From Candidatus Thorarchaeota archaeon (GTDB lineage: Archaea; Asgardarchaeota; Thorarchaeia; Thorarchaeales; Thorarchaeaceae): 37,891 nt of DNA. Both the position numbers and the translations under genes were made by a program. The notes below the pieces were generated by a model. It made no database searches. It had not been told where the DNA came from and saw only the letters and a list, made by a program, of their open reading frames with translations. Positions 1-8,660 of the stretch are shown here, one piece after another. Position 1 is the first letter of the stretch. Every line of letters begins with the position of its first letter. The DNA is taken from assembly GCA_048884785.1 (NCBI GenBank), contig JBHLQM010000028.1, forward strand, positions 1 through 37,891. Direction: 5' to 3'.

Positions 1-29
1 TCATACACGGCACTCGCGTCTGATTTCAT
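1..29 (-). CDS. 5' end of a gene running off the window (MKSDASAVY...), directly downstream of the bshA-like gene
   Basis: ATG at 29-27 on the minus strand, preceded by purine-rich GGAGAAAA, 10 nt after the bshA stop. Only 9 codons are visible. Confidence 0.5.
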
Positions 30-39
30 CTTTTTCTCC

Positions 40-1206
40 TCAGGACTTTTGAATTACTTCCTCAAACAGTTTCGCATATTTGGGTACAATCTTGTCTGCA
101 GAAAAGTGCTCCTCAACTCTCTTTCTTCCTGCAAAAGCATACTTCCTTCGAAGTGAGTCATCCTCTAGAAGATCTATTACGGCCTGAGCATATTCTTCCA
201 TTTCAAACCCCTTTGTCACCATCCCATCTTTTCCAGGTCGCACAAGTTCTGGTATCCCGCCAGCTGGAGTGGTCACAACAGGTAATCTACATGACATCGC
301 TTCCAACAGGACAAGAGGCATTCCTTCAAGTGTTGAATTCAATAGAAACATGTCCGCCGAACACATGATTTCCTGCATGTTGCTCTTGATCCCCAGCAAA
401 TGCACATTATTACAGAGGTCTAATGCCTCAATTTTTCTCTCAACCTCAATCCGCGTCGGACCATCGCCTGCAATGATAAGTCTGGCCTTTGGGAAGTGGT
501 CAACTACCACTCGCATAATCTCAACTAGCTCTACCACTCGTTTTACTTCTCTAAAATTCGAGGCATGAAGGAGGACTCTCTCGTCAGGATGGAGTTTCTG
601 TTCGCCATTCTCCTTTCTGAGTGAAACGCAACCACTTTCAACTGTAAGGCAGATTCCTTCAAGGTGTGAGAATTTCTCAATGTCTATGAAGTTTGGGATT
701 ACGTGTATCTCTCTCTCAATGCCAAGTTCTTCATGCGCCTTTCTTCTGAGAAAATCAGAAACTGCTGTTACACCATCGGCCCGCTCTACAGTATGCTGTA
801 CTACCGGTTTGTATGCTGGATCAAGTCCGAGAGTATGTACATCTGATCCGTGTAGTGTGACAACATAGGGAGTCTTGGTAATTTCTCTAGCCATATATGC
901 TGACATAGCATGCGGAATTGCATAATGAGAATGGATTAGATCAAGTTTCGATTCACGCACAGTCTTTACAATCTTAGAGGCAAGAGTCATTGTATATGGA
1001 GGACCCGTGTTTTTGAAGACCGGGTAATCGAAGGAATCCACTAGGTCAACATACACTCCCTGCGTTTGCTCCCACATGAGCGAAAATGGCCGCTGATATG
1101 TGATGAAGTGAATAATGTGTCCCATTCCCGCAAGATGCTGTCCTAGTCTGGTAGCAAGATACCCGGATCCACCAACTGATGGAAATAGATTCACACCTAT
1201 TCTCAC
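40..1206 (-). CDS. bshA: GT4 glycosyltransferase, BshA-like (N-acetyl-alpha-D-glucosaminyl L-malate synthase)
   Basis: Motifs FPSVGGSG..AT.LG, HSHYAIPHA, TLHGSD, HASNFREVKR, EGMPLVLLEAM match BshA. The likely start is GTG at 1206; the ORF extends to 1266. Confidence 0.82.
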   Translation of the reverse strand: MRIGVNLFPSVGGSGYLATRLGQHLAGMGHIIHFITYQRPFSLMWEQTQGVYVDLVDSFDYPVFKNTGPPYTMTLASKIVKTVRESKLDLIHSHYAIPHAMSAYMAREITKTPYVVTLHGSDVHTLGLDPAYKPVVQHTVERADGVTAVSDFLRRKAHEELGIEREIHVIPNFIDIEKFSHLEGICLTVESGCVSLRKENGEQKLHPDERVLLHASNFREVKRVVELVEIMRVVVDHFPKARLIIAGDGPTRIEVERKIEALDLCNNVHLLGIKSNMQEIMCSADMFLLNSTLEGMPLVLLEAMSCRLPVVTTPAGGIPELVRPGKDGMVTKGFEMEEYAQAVIDLLEDDSLRRKYAFAGRKRVEEHFSADKIVPKYAKLFEEVIQKS

Positions 1207-1314
1207 GCTATTCCGCCTAGATTGGTCGATATCATTTATCACCTTTAAGCCAAATGGTCTGTACAATTCGCAGTCTGCAAACCTTGATTAGATGGGGGTA
1301 TGGTATGCAGATGC

Positions 1315-1983
1315 ATGAAGAATTCGGACAGTCCATCAATTCTGGTTATTTGTGCCCATCCTGATGACGAATGTATTGGAGCCGGCGGCACAATAGCGGT
1401 GCATTCCTCGATGGGAATTCCAGTTGATGTTCAATGTCTGACGGCAAATCAAATCCGAAAAAAAGAGCTTGAGGCAGCCTGCAAAGAACTTGGAGTGAGG
1501 AAAGTCTATTCCAGTATCAGGGATGATTTTGCATTAGATATGTCACTCACCAAGGAGGTTGCGAACGTGATACTTGAGTCACGGCCAGCCATTATTATTA
1601 CACATTCCCCTGATGACTACAATCAAAATCATGTCATTTGTTGTCAGATTGTAGAACAAGCGGCAGAGTGGGCTTCTCATAAAACTGTCTATGAAAACGC
1701 TCATCGCGTTGAGCGCATCTACCATATGGAAATTAATACGCTCTTCTCTCATCCAAATGTGATGATGGATATCTCCGGTTCATATGACCGCGCTCTGAGT
1801 GCTCTTCTCAAGTATAAAACGCAGATAGCAAAATCTGATGGGTTTTACACTAAGCTATATGATGCAAGAACGCGCCTACGAGGGGTTCAAAGTTCATGCG
1901 GACGTGCTGAAGCGTTTACAGTAAAAGTGCCCTATCATGCAGGACCGTTCTATGAGAAAAACAGTGCAAAGAGCCTATTCTGA
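1315..1983 (+). CDS. PIG-L/LmbE family de-N-acetylase, BshB-like
   Basis: AHPDDE..GAGGT metal motif, R..E...AC..LG and C-terminal AEAF. Divergent from bshA. Start is 1315 or 1300. Confidence 0.8.
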   Translation: MKNSDSPSILVICAHPDDECIGAGGTIAVHSSMGIPVDVQCLTANQIRKKELEAACKELGVRKVYSSIRDDFALDMSLTKEVANVILESRPAIIITHSPDDYNQNHVICCQIVEQAAEWASHKTVYENAHRVERIYHMEINTLFSHPNVMMDISGSYDRALSALLKYKTQIAKSDGFYTKLYDARTRLRGVQSSCGRAEAFTVKVPYHAGPFYEKNSAKSLF

Positions 1984-2370
1984 AGTTCCCGTTGCACCAT
2001 CGGCCTTTGTTCGTCTTGCAGCAAGAAGGGCTTTCAACTCTCCCATCATACTCATTCCACCGCCTGCTGGCTTTGGAGAGGGGGCCTTTGCAACAGGCGC
2101 TGATGCCATCCCGGGAGCAGCATCTGCTGCAGCAGATGGTCCTACAGTGGCTCCAGAAGCTATTCGATTAGCAAGAGAGTCCATCCTGGATTCTAGTGCG
2201 CCTATCCTTGAGTCAAGATCTTCAATATTCTTTTCCAGGCTTCCAAAAGCGTCGATGAGCTTGCCAGTAATTATGCTTACAACCTCACCAAGTTGCCTCA
2301 GCTTTTCCTCGGTAGGGTCTTTGAGTGCCCACTCAAACTCTTCCATAATGAAATCTTCATCATCGCCCAT
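1975..2370 (-). CDS. Small coiled-coil protein with an acidic N-terminus, Ala/Pro linker and C-terminal VASP-FAB/WH2-like helix
   Basis: 131 aa. Regular 4-3 heptad L45/I49/L52/I56/L59/M63/L66/I70. C-terminal GGGMSMMGELKALLAARRTKA. Confidence 0.75.
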   Translation of the reverse strand: MGDDEDFIMEEFEWALKDPTEEKLRQLGEVVSIITGKLIDAFGSLEKNIEDLDSRIGALESRMDSLANRIASGATVGPSAAADAAPGMASAPVAKAPSPKPAGGGMSMMGELKALLAARRTKADGATGTSE

Positions 2371-2441
2371 TTCTTGCGCCTCTGGTCATCTAGATTTTGA
2401 AGTTTTTTTGCTATAAAGCTTGTCTGCATTAGCGATTTTCC

Positions 2442-3833
2442 TCATGAGATTGTCACGAGTGCCTGAACAACCTTTTGTGAGATTTCGAGAATTTCCCTCA
2501 CTCTTTCATCCGAGCTCGCTTCACAAGTTATTCTAATTACTGGTTCTGTTCCGGATGGGCGAACCAAAACCCAACCATCTGAGAGTGATATTCCCAATCC
2601 ATCCACAGTTATGACCTCTCTGACATCACTCATTGCTTTTGGCAATTCCTGCTCGAGTGATTTCATTACTTGATTTTTCTTGTCACTTGAAACAGGAATC
2701 TTTGTCTTAAGAAGTGGATATGTTGGGATTTCAGCAATGAGTTCCCCGAATGACCTGTTTGTCTTGGCCATCAGTTCAAGAACCTTACAAGCGGCTAAGA
2801 ATGGTTCAGGTGCTAGATGGAATTCGGGAAACAAGAAAACACCGCATGCTTCCCCCCCATGAACAGCTTTCAGTTCATTGAGTTTAATGGCTACCTGAAT
2901 ATCTCCAACTGGTGTTCTAATAGTATTGCCCCCTGCTTTCTTCACAACCTCATCGAGTACTTTTGAGCTATCCACGGTGGTCACAATTGTCTTTGAAGAG
3001 CCTGCTGTCAGGATCTCTTTTGCAAATAATGCGATTGTCCTATCTCCCCTCACAACCTCGCCGGTTTCAGAAACAAAAACCACTCTATCGGAATCACCAT
3101 CATGCGCGATACCAAGGTCTGCCGCTGTTTCTTTCACCATACTAATCAGATCGCCAAGCGTCGCTTCCTCGGGTTCGGATTTTCTTCCTGGAAAGTGACC
3201 ATCAAGTTGCCCGTTTATTGTAATCACCTTGCACCCAAGTCTCTGCATGAGATATGGCGTCAAGACACAAGCCGCTCCATTTCCGGGATCAACGACCACT
3301 TTGAAATTCTTGCCCTCTATGGCGGCTCTATCGCAATTCTCCAGAAGGGATTGAATATGCTTCTCCACCGCCGTTTCGAGGTGACTAACAGAACCAATCG
3401 CATCCCAGTTTGCAACTTGGAACTCTTCCGAGTAGAAAATTCTCTCAAGCTCTGCTTCCATCTCAGGTGTGTATCCCATTGAGTTGGAGTTCCAGAACTT
3501 AACACCTGTGTACTCTGGAGGATTATGTGAGGCAGTGACCATAACTCCTGCGGAGAATGGTGGCTCTGATGCCGCTACTGTGAACGCTAGAGTAGGTGTA
3601 GGGATGATACCTACATCAACAACATCTATTCCTGTTGATACAATCCCTGCGGTGAGTGCGTCTGACACCATGCGTCCAGTAGTTCTTGCATCCCGACCAA
3701 TTACAACTGTACCTTTCTTCAGATATGTGCCCAGAGTCTTCCCTAGCTTCAATGCCATGTCCAGATTGAATTCTGTGCCGTAGACCTTTCTCACTCCAGT
3801 AGTTCCAAAGAGTTTTCCTGCCATGATGCTCAC
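2442..3833 (-). CDS. glmM: Phosphoglucosamine mutase / phosphomannomutase (alpha-D-phosphohexomutase)
   Basis: LFGTTGVR, TASHNP phosphoserine loop, DGDSDR metal loop, GGEA, VRPSGTEP. Substrate specificity is uncertain. Confidence 0.85.
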   Translation of the reverse strand: MSIMAGKLFGTTGVRKVYGTEFNLDMALKLGKTLGTYLKKGTVVIGRDARTTGRMVSDALTAGIVSTGIDVVDVGIIPTPTLAFTVAASEPPFSAGVMVTASHNPPEYTGVKFWNSNSMGYTPEMEAELERIFYSEEFQVANWDAIGSVSHLETAVEKHIQSLLENCDRAAIEGKNFKVVVDPGNGAACVLTPYLMQRLGCKVITINGQLDGHFPGRKSEPEEATLGDLISMVKETAADLGIAHDGDSDRVVFVSETGEVVRGDRTIALFAKEILTAGSSKTIVTTVDSSKVLDEVVKKAGGNTIRTPVGDIQVAIKLNELKAVHGGEACGVFLFPEFHLAPEPFLAACKVLELMAKTNRSFGELIAEIPTYPLLKTKIPVSSDKKNQVMKSLEQELPKAMSDVREVITVDGLGISLSDGWVLVRPSGTEPVIRITCEASSDERVREILEISQKVVQALVTIS

Positions 3834-3926
3834 CGCGCATCATGAACTCTACCTAGAAAAAGATGTCTGCATGAGCGGGATAGTTCTATATGCCTTAGCT
3901 CTTCCTCAGAATTGAGGTCCATCACT

Positions 3927-4724
3927 ATGCCATTCTTCGAATATCACGGAGCAAAGATGCATTATGTGGATATTGATCAGAGCGAAGAACCCAGCAATGG
4001 ATTGCCATTGGTCTTCATACATGGGGCCGGCTCTTCTATGATGATCTGGACTCTGCAGCTGCTTGAGTTTCGCAAGAGGCATCGTGTGATTGCATTGGAT
4101 CTTTATGGCCATGGAGATTCTGAGGATATTGAACGACCTCCAGACATTGAGAAGGGGTTCTCTAGGCAGCTTGCGGCTCTCCTGGAGCATCTTGAACTTC
4201 AGGAGTATGTCTTGATTGGCCATTCAATGGGCGGTGGTGTAGTAATGTCATACGCCCTAGAGAACAGAGATCCAAGACCCAGCGCTCTTGTTCTGGTTGG
4301 CACCTCCTCTGACCTCGACCTTTCCAAGATTGCCTTGGGTCTAGCAATTGAAGCATTTGAGGACCATTCACCAAAATATGACATCAAGGATTTAGATGAC
4401 GACTTCAAAGTTTTCTCTCTCGTCAACTTCCAGCAGAATGCAACCAAGTTTCAAGCAAATACTATCTTGAAAGACCTTCAAGCCTGCAATAACTTCGACA
4501 TCACTCCTAGGCTCAATGAGATCACAATCCCGTCACTTGTTCTCGTGGGAGAAGATGATGACATTATCACTCCTCGCCGAGCAAAGCAGCTCGAAATGGC
4601 CCTCCCGCGAGCAGAGTTTGCCATTGTAAGGGGAAGTGATCACTCTCCAATGGTTGAGTCTCCTGACATCTTCAATGACATCCTCAACAAGTTCCTGCAT
4701 TGGGTTGAGAAAAACGGAAATTAG
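3927..4724 (+). CDS. Alpha/beta hydrolase
   Basis: FIHGAG oxyanion loop, GHSMGG nucleophile elbow, GEDD acid, catalytic His in GSDHS. Confidence 0.9.
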   Translation: MPFFEYHGAKMHYVDIDQSEEPSNGLPLVFIHGAGSSMMIWTLQLLEFRKRHRVIALDLYGHGDSEDIERPPDIEKGFSRQLAALLEHLELQEYVLIGHSMGGGVVMSYALENRDPRPSALVLVGTSSDLDLSKIALGLAIEAFEDHSPKYDIKDLDDDFKVFSLVNFQQNATKFQANTILKDLQACNNFDITPRLNEITIPSLVLVGEDDDIITPRRAKQLEMALPRAEFAIVRGSDHSPMVESPDIFNDILNKFLHWVEKNGN

Positions 4725-4830
4725 CAACTGAAATCTAAATCAAACGAAACCTTATTAGAGCCGTAGGACTTATCGCAGAATAAGATACCGAACCGCCTAC
4801 TGCGGTGAACCTTCGAAGGATGAAATGCAA

Positions 4831-5379
4831 ATGAGCAGCAGCTATGATTATCTCTTTAAGGTCGTCGTACTGGGAGAGGGCGCAGTAGGCAAGACAGCAG
4901 TCGTCACCCGATTCTCCCACGGTTTCTTTCGCACCGACTATAAGACGACAATTGGCAGCCAGTTTGCTGTGAAGAATATCGACGTTAGCACAAGCGCGGG
5001 TGACAGGGTTACTGTGAAGCTGCAGATTTGGGATGTGGCAGGACAGTCCCGATTTCAGATTCTGAGGCCAATGTACTACAGAGGTTCAAGTGGTGGCGTG
5101 CTTGTCTATGATGTAAGTCGAAGACGAACATTCATTGTACTTGAGGAATGGCTGGCTGAGCTTGAGAAAGCAGTCGGCAAGAAGATACCATTAGTGCTAG
5201 TAGCAAACAAGACCGATCTTCCTGACCGTGTGGTAGAGCCAGCTGAAGGGCGGGAGTTTGCAGATAGGCATGAGATGCCCTATATTGAGTCATCTGCAAA
5301 GACTGGTGAGGGCATTGTGGATATATTTGATCGACTTGGAAGAACCCTTGTGGAAAAGCGTGCTTCAAGTGATGAATGA
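4831..5379 (+). CDS. Rab-like small GTPase (Ras superfamily, eukaryotic signature protein)
   Basis: YDYLFKVVVLGEGAVGKT (G1), TIG (G2), WDVAGQ (G3), NKTD (G4), SSAK (G5), plus RabF-like IGSQF, KLQIW, RFQIL, YYRGS and LVYDV. No C-terminal Cys. Confidence 0.93.
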   Translation: MSSSYDYLFKVVVLGEGAVGKTAVVTRFSHGFFRTDYKTTIGSQFAVKNIDVSTSAGDRVTVKLQIWDVAGQSRFQILRPMYYRGSSGGVLVYDVSRRRTFIVLEEWLAELEKAVGKKIPLVLVANKTDLPDRVVEPAEGREFADRHEMPYIESSAKTGEGIVDIFDRLGRTLVEKRASSDE

Positions 5380-5406
5380 GAGTTCCTCAGAACATTTTTC
5401 ATTGGA

Positions 5407-6024
5407 GTGGACTCTAGGCATAATCTCGATGTGTTGGAAATGGTAGACCCAAACGAACTATATCCAGTCAACACATTTTCCGCTATTGCTTGGGCACTTG
5501 ATTATTACTTCAAGAAAGATACAAAACACAAGCGGCCGGGTGTTGTTGAGCTCACCTTTCCCTCTGGTCAACATAAAGAACGCCTTCAAAAAAAGGGTGA
5601 GCATGAAATAACAGTCTGGTATACAGAGAGGAGCATTCACATCAGATCTCGATGTCTATATGACAAGAAGTGCGATTTCAATAGTGAAAGGATAGGCGCC
5701 CGTGACAGGGACAAACTCAAGGAGCTTGGTTGGGAAGGAACCGACTCTCGCGCATTCTTCAAGTCAGTGACCAAGTGGCTATTGAAATTGAATCTTGACT
5801 ATGTAACATTCATTAGAGCACTGGTCACAGTCTGCGATAGAAAAGTTGAGATCCCCCTCACAACCAAGTATGGCCGCACGTTTCAGAAGTTTGATGAATA
5901 CAGAAGAAACCGATGGCCGGAGGACGCAAAGCCTGATGACAAGCCTCGTTTTCTTGAAGAGGTTCTTGTCCGTGTCTGTTTTTGGATTCAGTCTGCATCT
6001 GAGGTCGGAGCCTTAAAGGAATGA
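5407..6024 (+). CDS. Hypothetical soluble protein downstream of the Rab-like GTPase
   Basis: 205-aa ORF (alternative ATG at 5440) filling the gap between co-oriented genes. Protein-like composition, no recognised motif. Confidence 0.75.
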   Translation: MDSRHNLDVLEMVDPNELYPVNTFSAIAWALDYYFKKDTKHKRPGVVELTFPSGQHKERLQKKGEHEITVWYTERSIHIRSRCLYDKKCDFNSERIGARDRDKLKELGWEGTDSRAFFKSVTKWLLKLNLDYVTFIRALVTVCDRKVEIPLTTKYGRTFQKFDEYRRNRWPEDAKPDDKPRFLEEVLVRVCFWIQSASEVGALKE

Positions 6025-6089
6025 ATGCAATCAAAAGTTCTAAAGCGGACATTCTTCCTTTGGACAGTATATGGGGCTGATATCAGTTC

Positions 6090-7217
6090 ATGAGAATTGG
6101 GTTGTTGATTAATCCTATTGCAGGTATGGGTGGACGAGTAGGTCTCAAAGGAACTGATGGAGTTGTTGAAGAGGCTATCCAACGAGGAGCGGAACCTGTT
6201 GCACACGAACGTGCCTTAGATTTCTTGAATGGTCTGGTATCAGCTTTGCTACCTTCTCAAATTGTAGAAATTCTAACATGCCCTGATGCCATGGGAGAAA
6301 ACGCTGCAAGAGAATCATCCTTGGCATATGAAACAATTGAATATGCTATTGGCTCAGAAACAGATGCTGAGGATACAAAGAACTGTGTTAAACTGCTATA
6401 TGAAGAAGGAATACGCCTTCTGGTATTTGTTGGAGGGGACGGTACTGCCAGAGATGTACTGGACGCAGTCAATGAGTATGACCTGGGAGATTTGCTTGTC
6501 ATAGGAGTCCCATCCGGTGTTAAGATGTACAGCGGGATTTTCGTAGTCAATCCAAAGGATGCGGGCGAAGTCATTCGTCTTATCTTAGAGGGGACTGCAA
6601 CCTCAACGGAGTTCGAGGTCATGGATGCAGATGAGGAAGCCATCAGAGAAGATCGGTTTATCATCAAGCTATATGGATATCTTAGAGGGCCCCTAGTTCC
6701 TGCGCGTTTTCAAGGTGCAAAGCAGGCAAGTCCTGAAACAATTGATGAGAACGAGGCTCAGGAGGCAATTGCCCGATACATCATTGAATCAATGGTTTCT
6801 GATGGCGTCTATATATTGGGTCCTGGAACCACAGTCAAGACCGTGGCACGCATGCTAGGTATGAAGAAGACTACCCTTGGCGTTGATATCTATACAGAGC
6901 AACAGACATACAATGATGTGAATGAGGACACGCTTCTGAGAATTGTAACTTCACCTTCCAAGACCTGGATCATCGTATCTCCTATAGGTCATCAAGGCAT
7001 CCTCTTTGGTAGGGGGAATCAGCAGATTAGTCCAAAAATAATCGATATGGTTGGCAAACAGCATGTGACTGTCATCTCAACCCCTGCTAAATTGCAGGGA
7101 ATCGAGGGCGGCACACTCAAGGTAGATACGGGACAAGAGAGTACCGACAACATGCTGCGGGGTTATATCAGAGTAATCACAGATTATAACGAGATTCGCC
7201 TTGTAAGAATTGAATGA
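6090..7217 (+). CDS. ATP-NAD kinase/AcoX family protein
   Basis: INPIAGMGG.VGLKGTD, GGDGTARD, GVPSGVKMYSG, LFGRGNQQIS. Confidence 0.88.
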   Translation: MRIGLLINPIAGMGGRVGLKGTDGVVEEAIQRGAEPVAHERALDFLNGLVSALLPSQIVEILTCPDAMGENAARESSLAYETIEYAIGSETDAEDTKNCVKLLYEEGIRLLVFVGGDGTARDVLDAVNEYDLGDLLVIGVPSGVKMYSGIFVVNPKDAGEVIRLILEGTATSTEFEVMDADEEAIREDRFIIKLYGYLRGPLVPARFQGAKQASPETIDENEAQEAIARYIIESMVSDGVYILGPGTTVKTVARMLGMKKTTLGVDIYTEQQTYNDVNEDTLLRIVTSPSKTWIIVSPIGHQGILFGRGNQQISPKIIDMVGKQHVTVISTPAKLQGIEGGTLKVDTGQESTDNMLRGYIRVITDYNEIRLVRIE

Positions 7218-7970
7218 GTGTGTGTGAATGTGATTGTTTTGCTGACTGACTTTGGGGAATCAGAATATGTGGGTGTAATGAAAGGCGTAATCCTATCCAT
7301 TGCTCCAAACGAGCAAATAGTGGACTTGACACATGAAATTCCTCCTCAGTCTGTAAGAGAAGGCGCCTGGGTCCTTCTCAAGGCTTTCGAGTACTTTCCT
7401 AAAAATGCAACATTCCTTTGTGTCGTTGACCCTGGAGTTGGTTCCGATAGGGATGCGGTATTTGTAAAGACCAAGAATTACGCATTCATTGGACCTGATA
7501 ATGGTCTGATGTATCCTGCCTGTGAAAAGGACGGAATTTCAAAAGTAACATCGATTGTGGTTGAAGAAGGCTCTTCCAGAACATTTCACGGTCGTGATGT
7601 ATTTGCCAAGGCGGCAGCATACATTGCTTTGAAGCAGAATAACAGGTTACTGGGTGAGTCCAAATCGTCACTTATTGAGCCACTCTATTTTAAACAAGCA
7701 GGACGGATGGGTGAGATTGTTCGAATAGACAGATTTGGCAACATTATAACAAACATTCCTCCGCTTGAAACAACCAAGTATCAACTAGTCGTCGATGACG
7801 ATCGATGGGATATTGAGTTGTTTCCTACCTATGCACTAGGTCCAGACCAAGGACCATTCTTGGTGACTAGCTCATATGGCACACTAGAGATTACCATAAA
7901 GAATGGGTCCGCAAAGAGGGAAATTGTTCTTGAAGTTGGGGCAATAATTTCACTTGAGAAAGATGAGTGA
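7218..7970 (+). CDS. SAM hydrolase / SAM-dependent halogenase family (DUF62)
   Basis: LLTDFG, VVDPGVGS.R, GPDNG, STFHGRD-like RTFHGRDVFA, IDRFGNIITN. Confidence 0.92.
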   Translation: MCVNVIVLLTDFGESEYVGVMKGVILSIAPNEQIVDLTHEIPPQSVREGAWVLLKAFEYFPKNATFLCVVDPGVGSDRDAVFVKTKNYAFIGPDNGLMYPACEKDGISKVTSIVVEEGSSRTFHGRDVFAKAAAYIALKQNNRLLGESKSSLIEPLYFKQAGRMGEIVRIDRFGNIITNIPPLETTKYQLVVDDDRWDIELFPTYALGPDQGPFLVTSSYGTLEITIKNGSAKREIVLEVGAIISLEKDE

Positions 7971-8066
7971 GTCCCTTTGAGAGTCTGCAGATGAGTGTTC
8001 TTGGGAGTATAGGGGTCTACTCATCATGACCGAGAAGTATTCTCTTTAACCCGTTCGGTACGCCTG

Positions 8067-8606
8067 ATGAATACAATGAATTATCGATTGATTCAAACTA
8101 AGAGAGGATACTGTGGCATTCTCTTTGAAAATGAACTCGTCCACCGGATTCTTCAGCCTGATTCAAATCAGAATCTCATGAGGAGAATAGAATCTGACTT
8201 TGCTTTTGCCAAAGCATCAAAGACTGGACTGCAGGAGGTCGCGTCCTTTCTGGTTGATTTTCATGCAGGAAAAGATGTCACGCTATCAATGGAGCATGTT
8301 GATGTATCGCGGTGTACACCTTTCCAGCTCAGTGTTCTGAATGCAGAGCGGAGAATCCCGAGAGGCATGACTGCATCGTACTCATGGGTTGCAAGTAAAG
8401 TCGGGACGAAAGCATTTAGGGCCGTTGGTAATGCTCTTGCCACTAATCCATTCCCCTTTGTTGTTCCTTGTCATCGATCAGTGAGAAACGACGGATCTAT
8501 CGGCAAATATCAAGGAGGTCCTGAGATGAAGCGAAGTCTTCTTGAGATGGAAGGCGTAGTATTCGGTGACAATGGAAGGGTACGAACAGAGTGCATATTG
8601 AGATGA
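8067..8606 (+). CDS. ogt: Methylated-DNA-protein-cysteine methyltransferase (MGMT)
   Basis: RAVGNAL..NP and the PCHR active-site motif; K..LL..EG. Confidence 0.92.
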   Translation: MNTMNYRLIQTKRGYCGILFENELVHRILQPDSNQNLMRRIESDFAFAKASKTGLQEVASFLVDFHAGKDVTLSMEHVDVSRCTPFQLSVLNAERRIPRGMTASYSWVASKVGTKAFRAVGNALATNPFPFVVPCHRSVRNDGSIGKYQGGPEMKRSLLEMEGVVFGDNGRVRTECILR

Positions 8607-8660
8607 ATTCAACTCTATGGAATACTATTGGTTTATGGATGAGCCCTCTCTATTTTGTGC

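Noticed and set aside
1937-2416. 159-aa + strand ORF
   Set aside because: Antisense shadow of the 131-aa coiled-coil gene, which has the more protein-like architecture and is co-oriented with glmM.
7218-7970. Halogenase (fluorinase/chlorinase) for natural-product synthesis
   Set aside because: The D...R...H pattern (VVDPGVG.R, TFHGRD) fits the widespread SAM hydroxide adenosyltransferase subgroup, and there is no biosynthetic cluster context.
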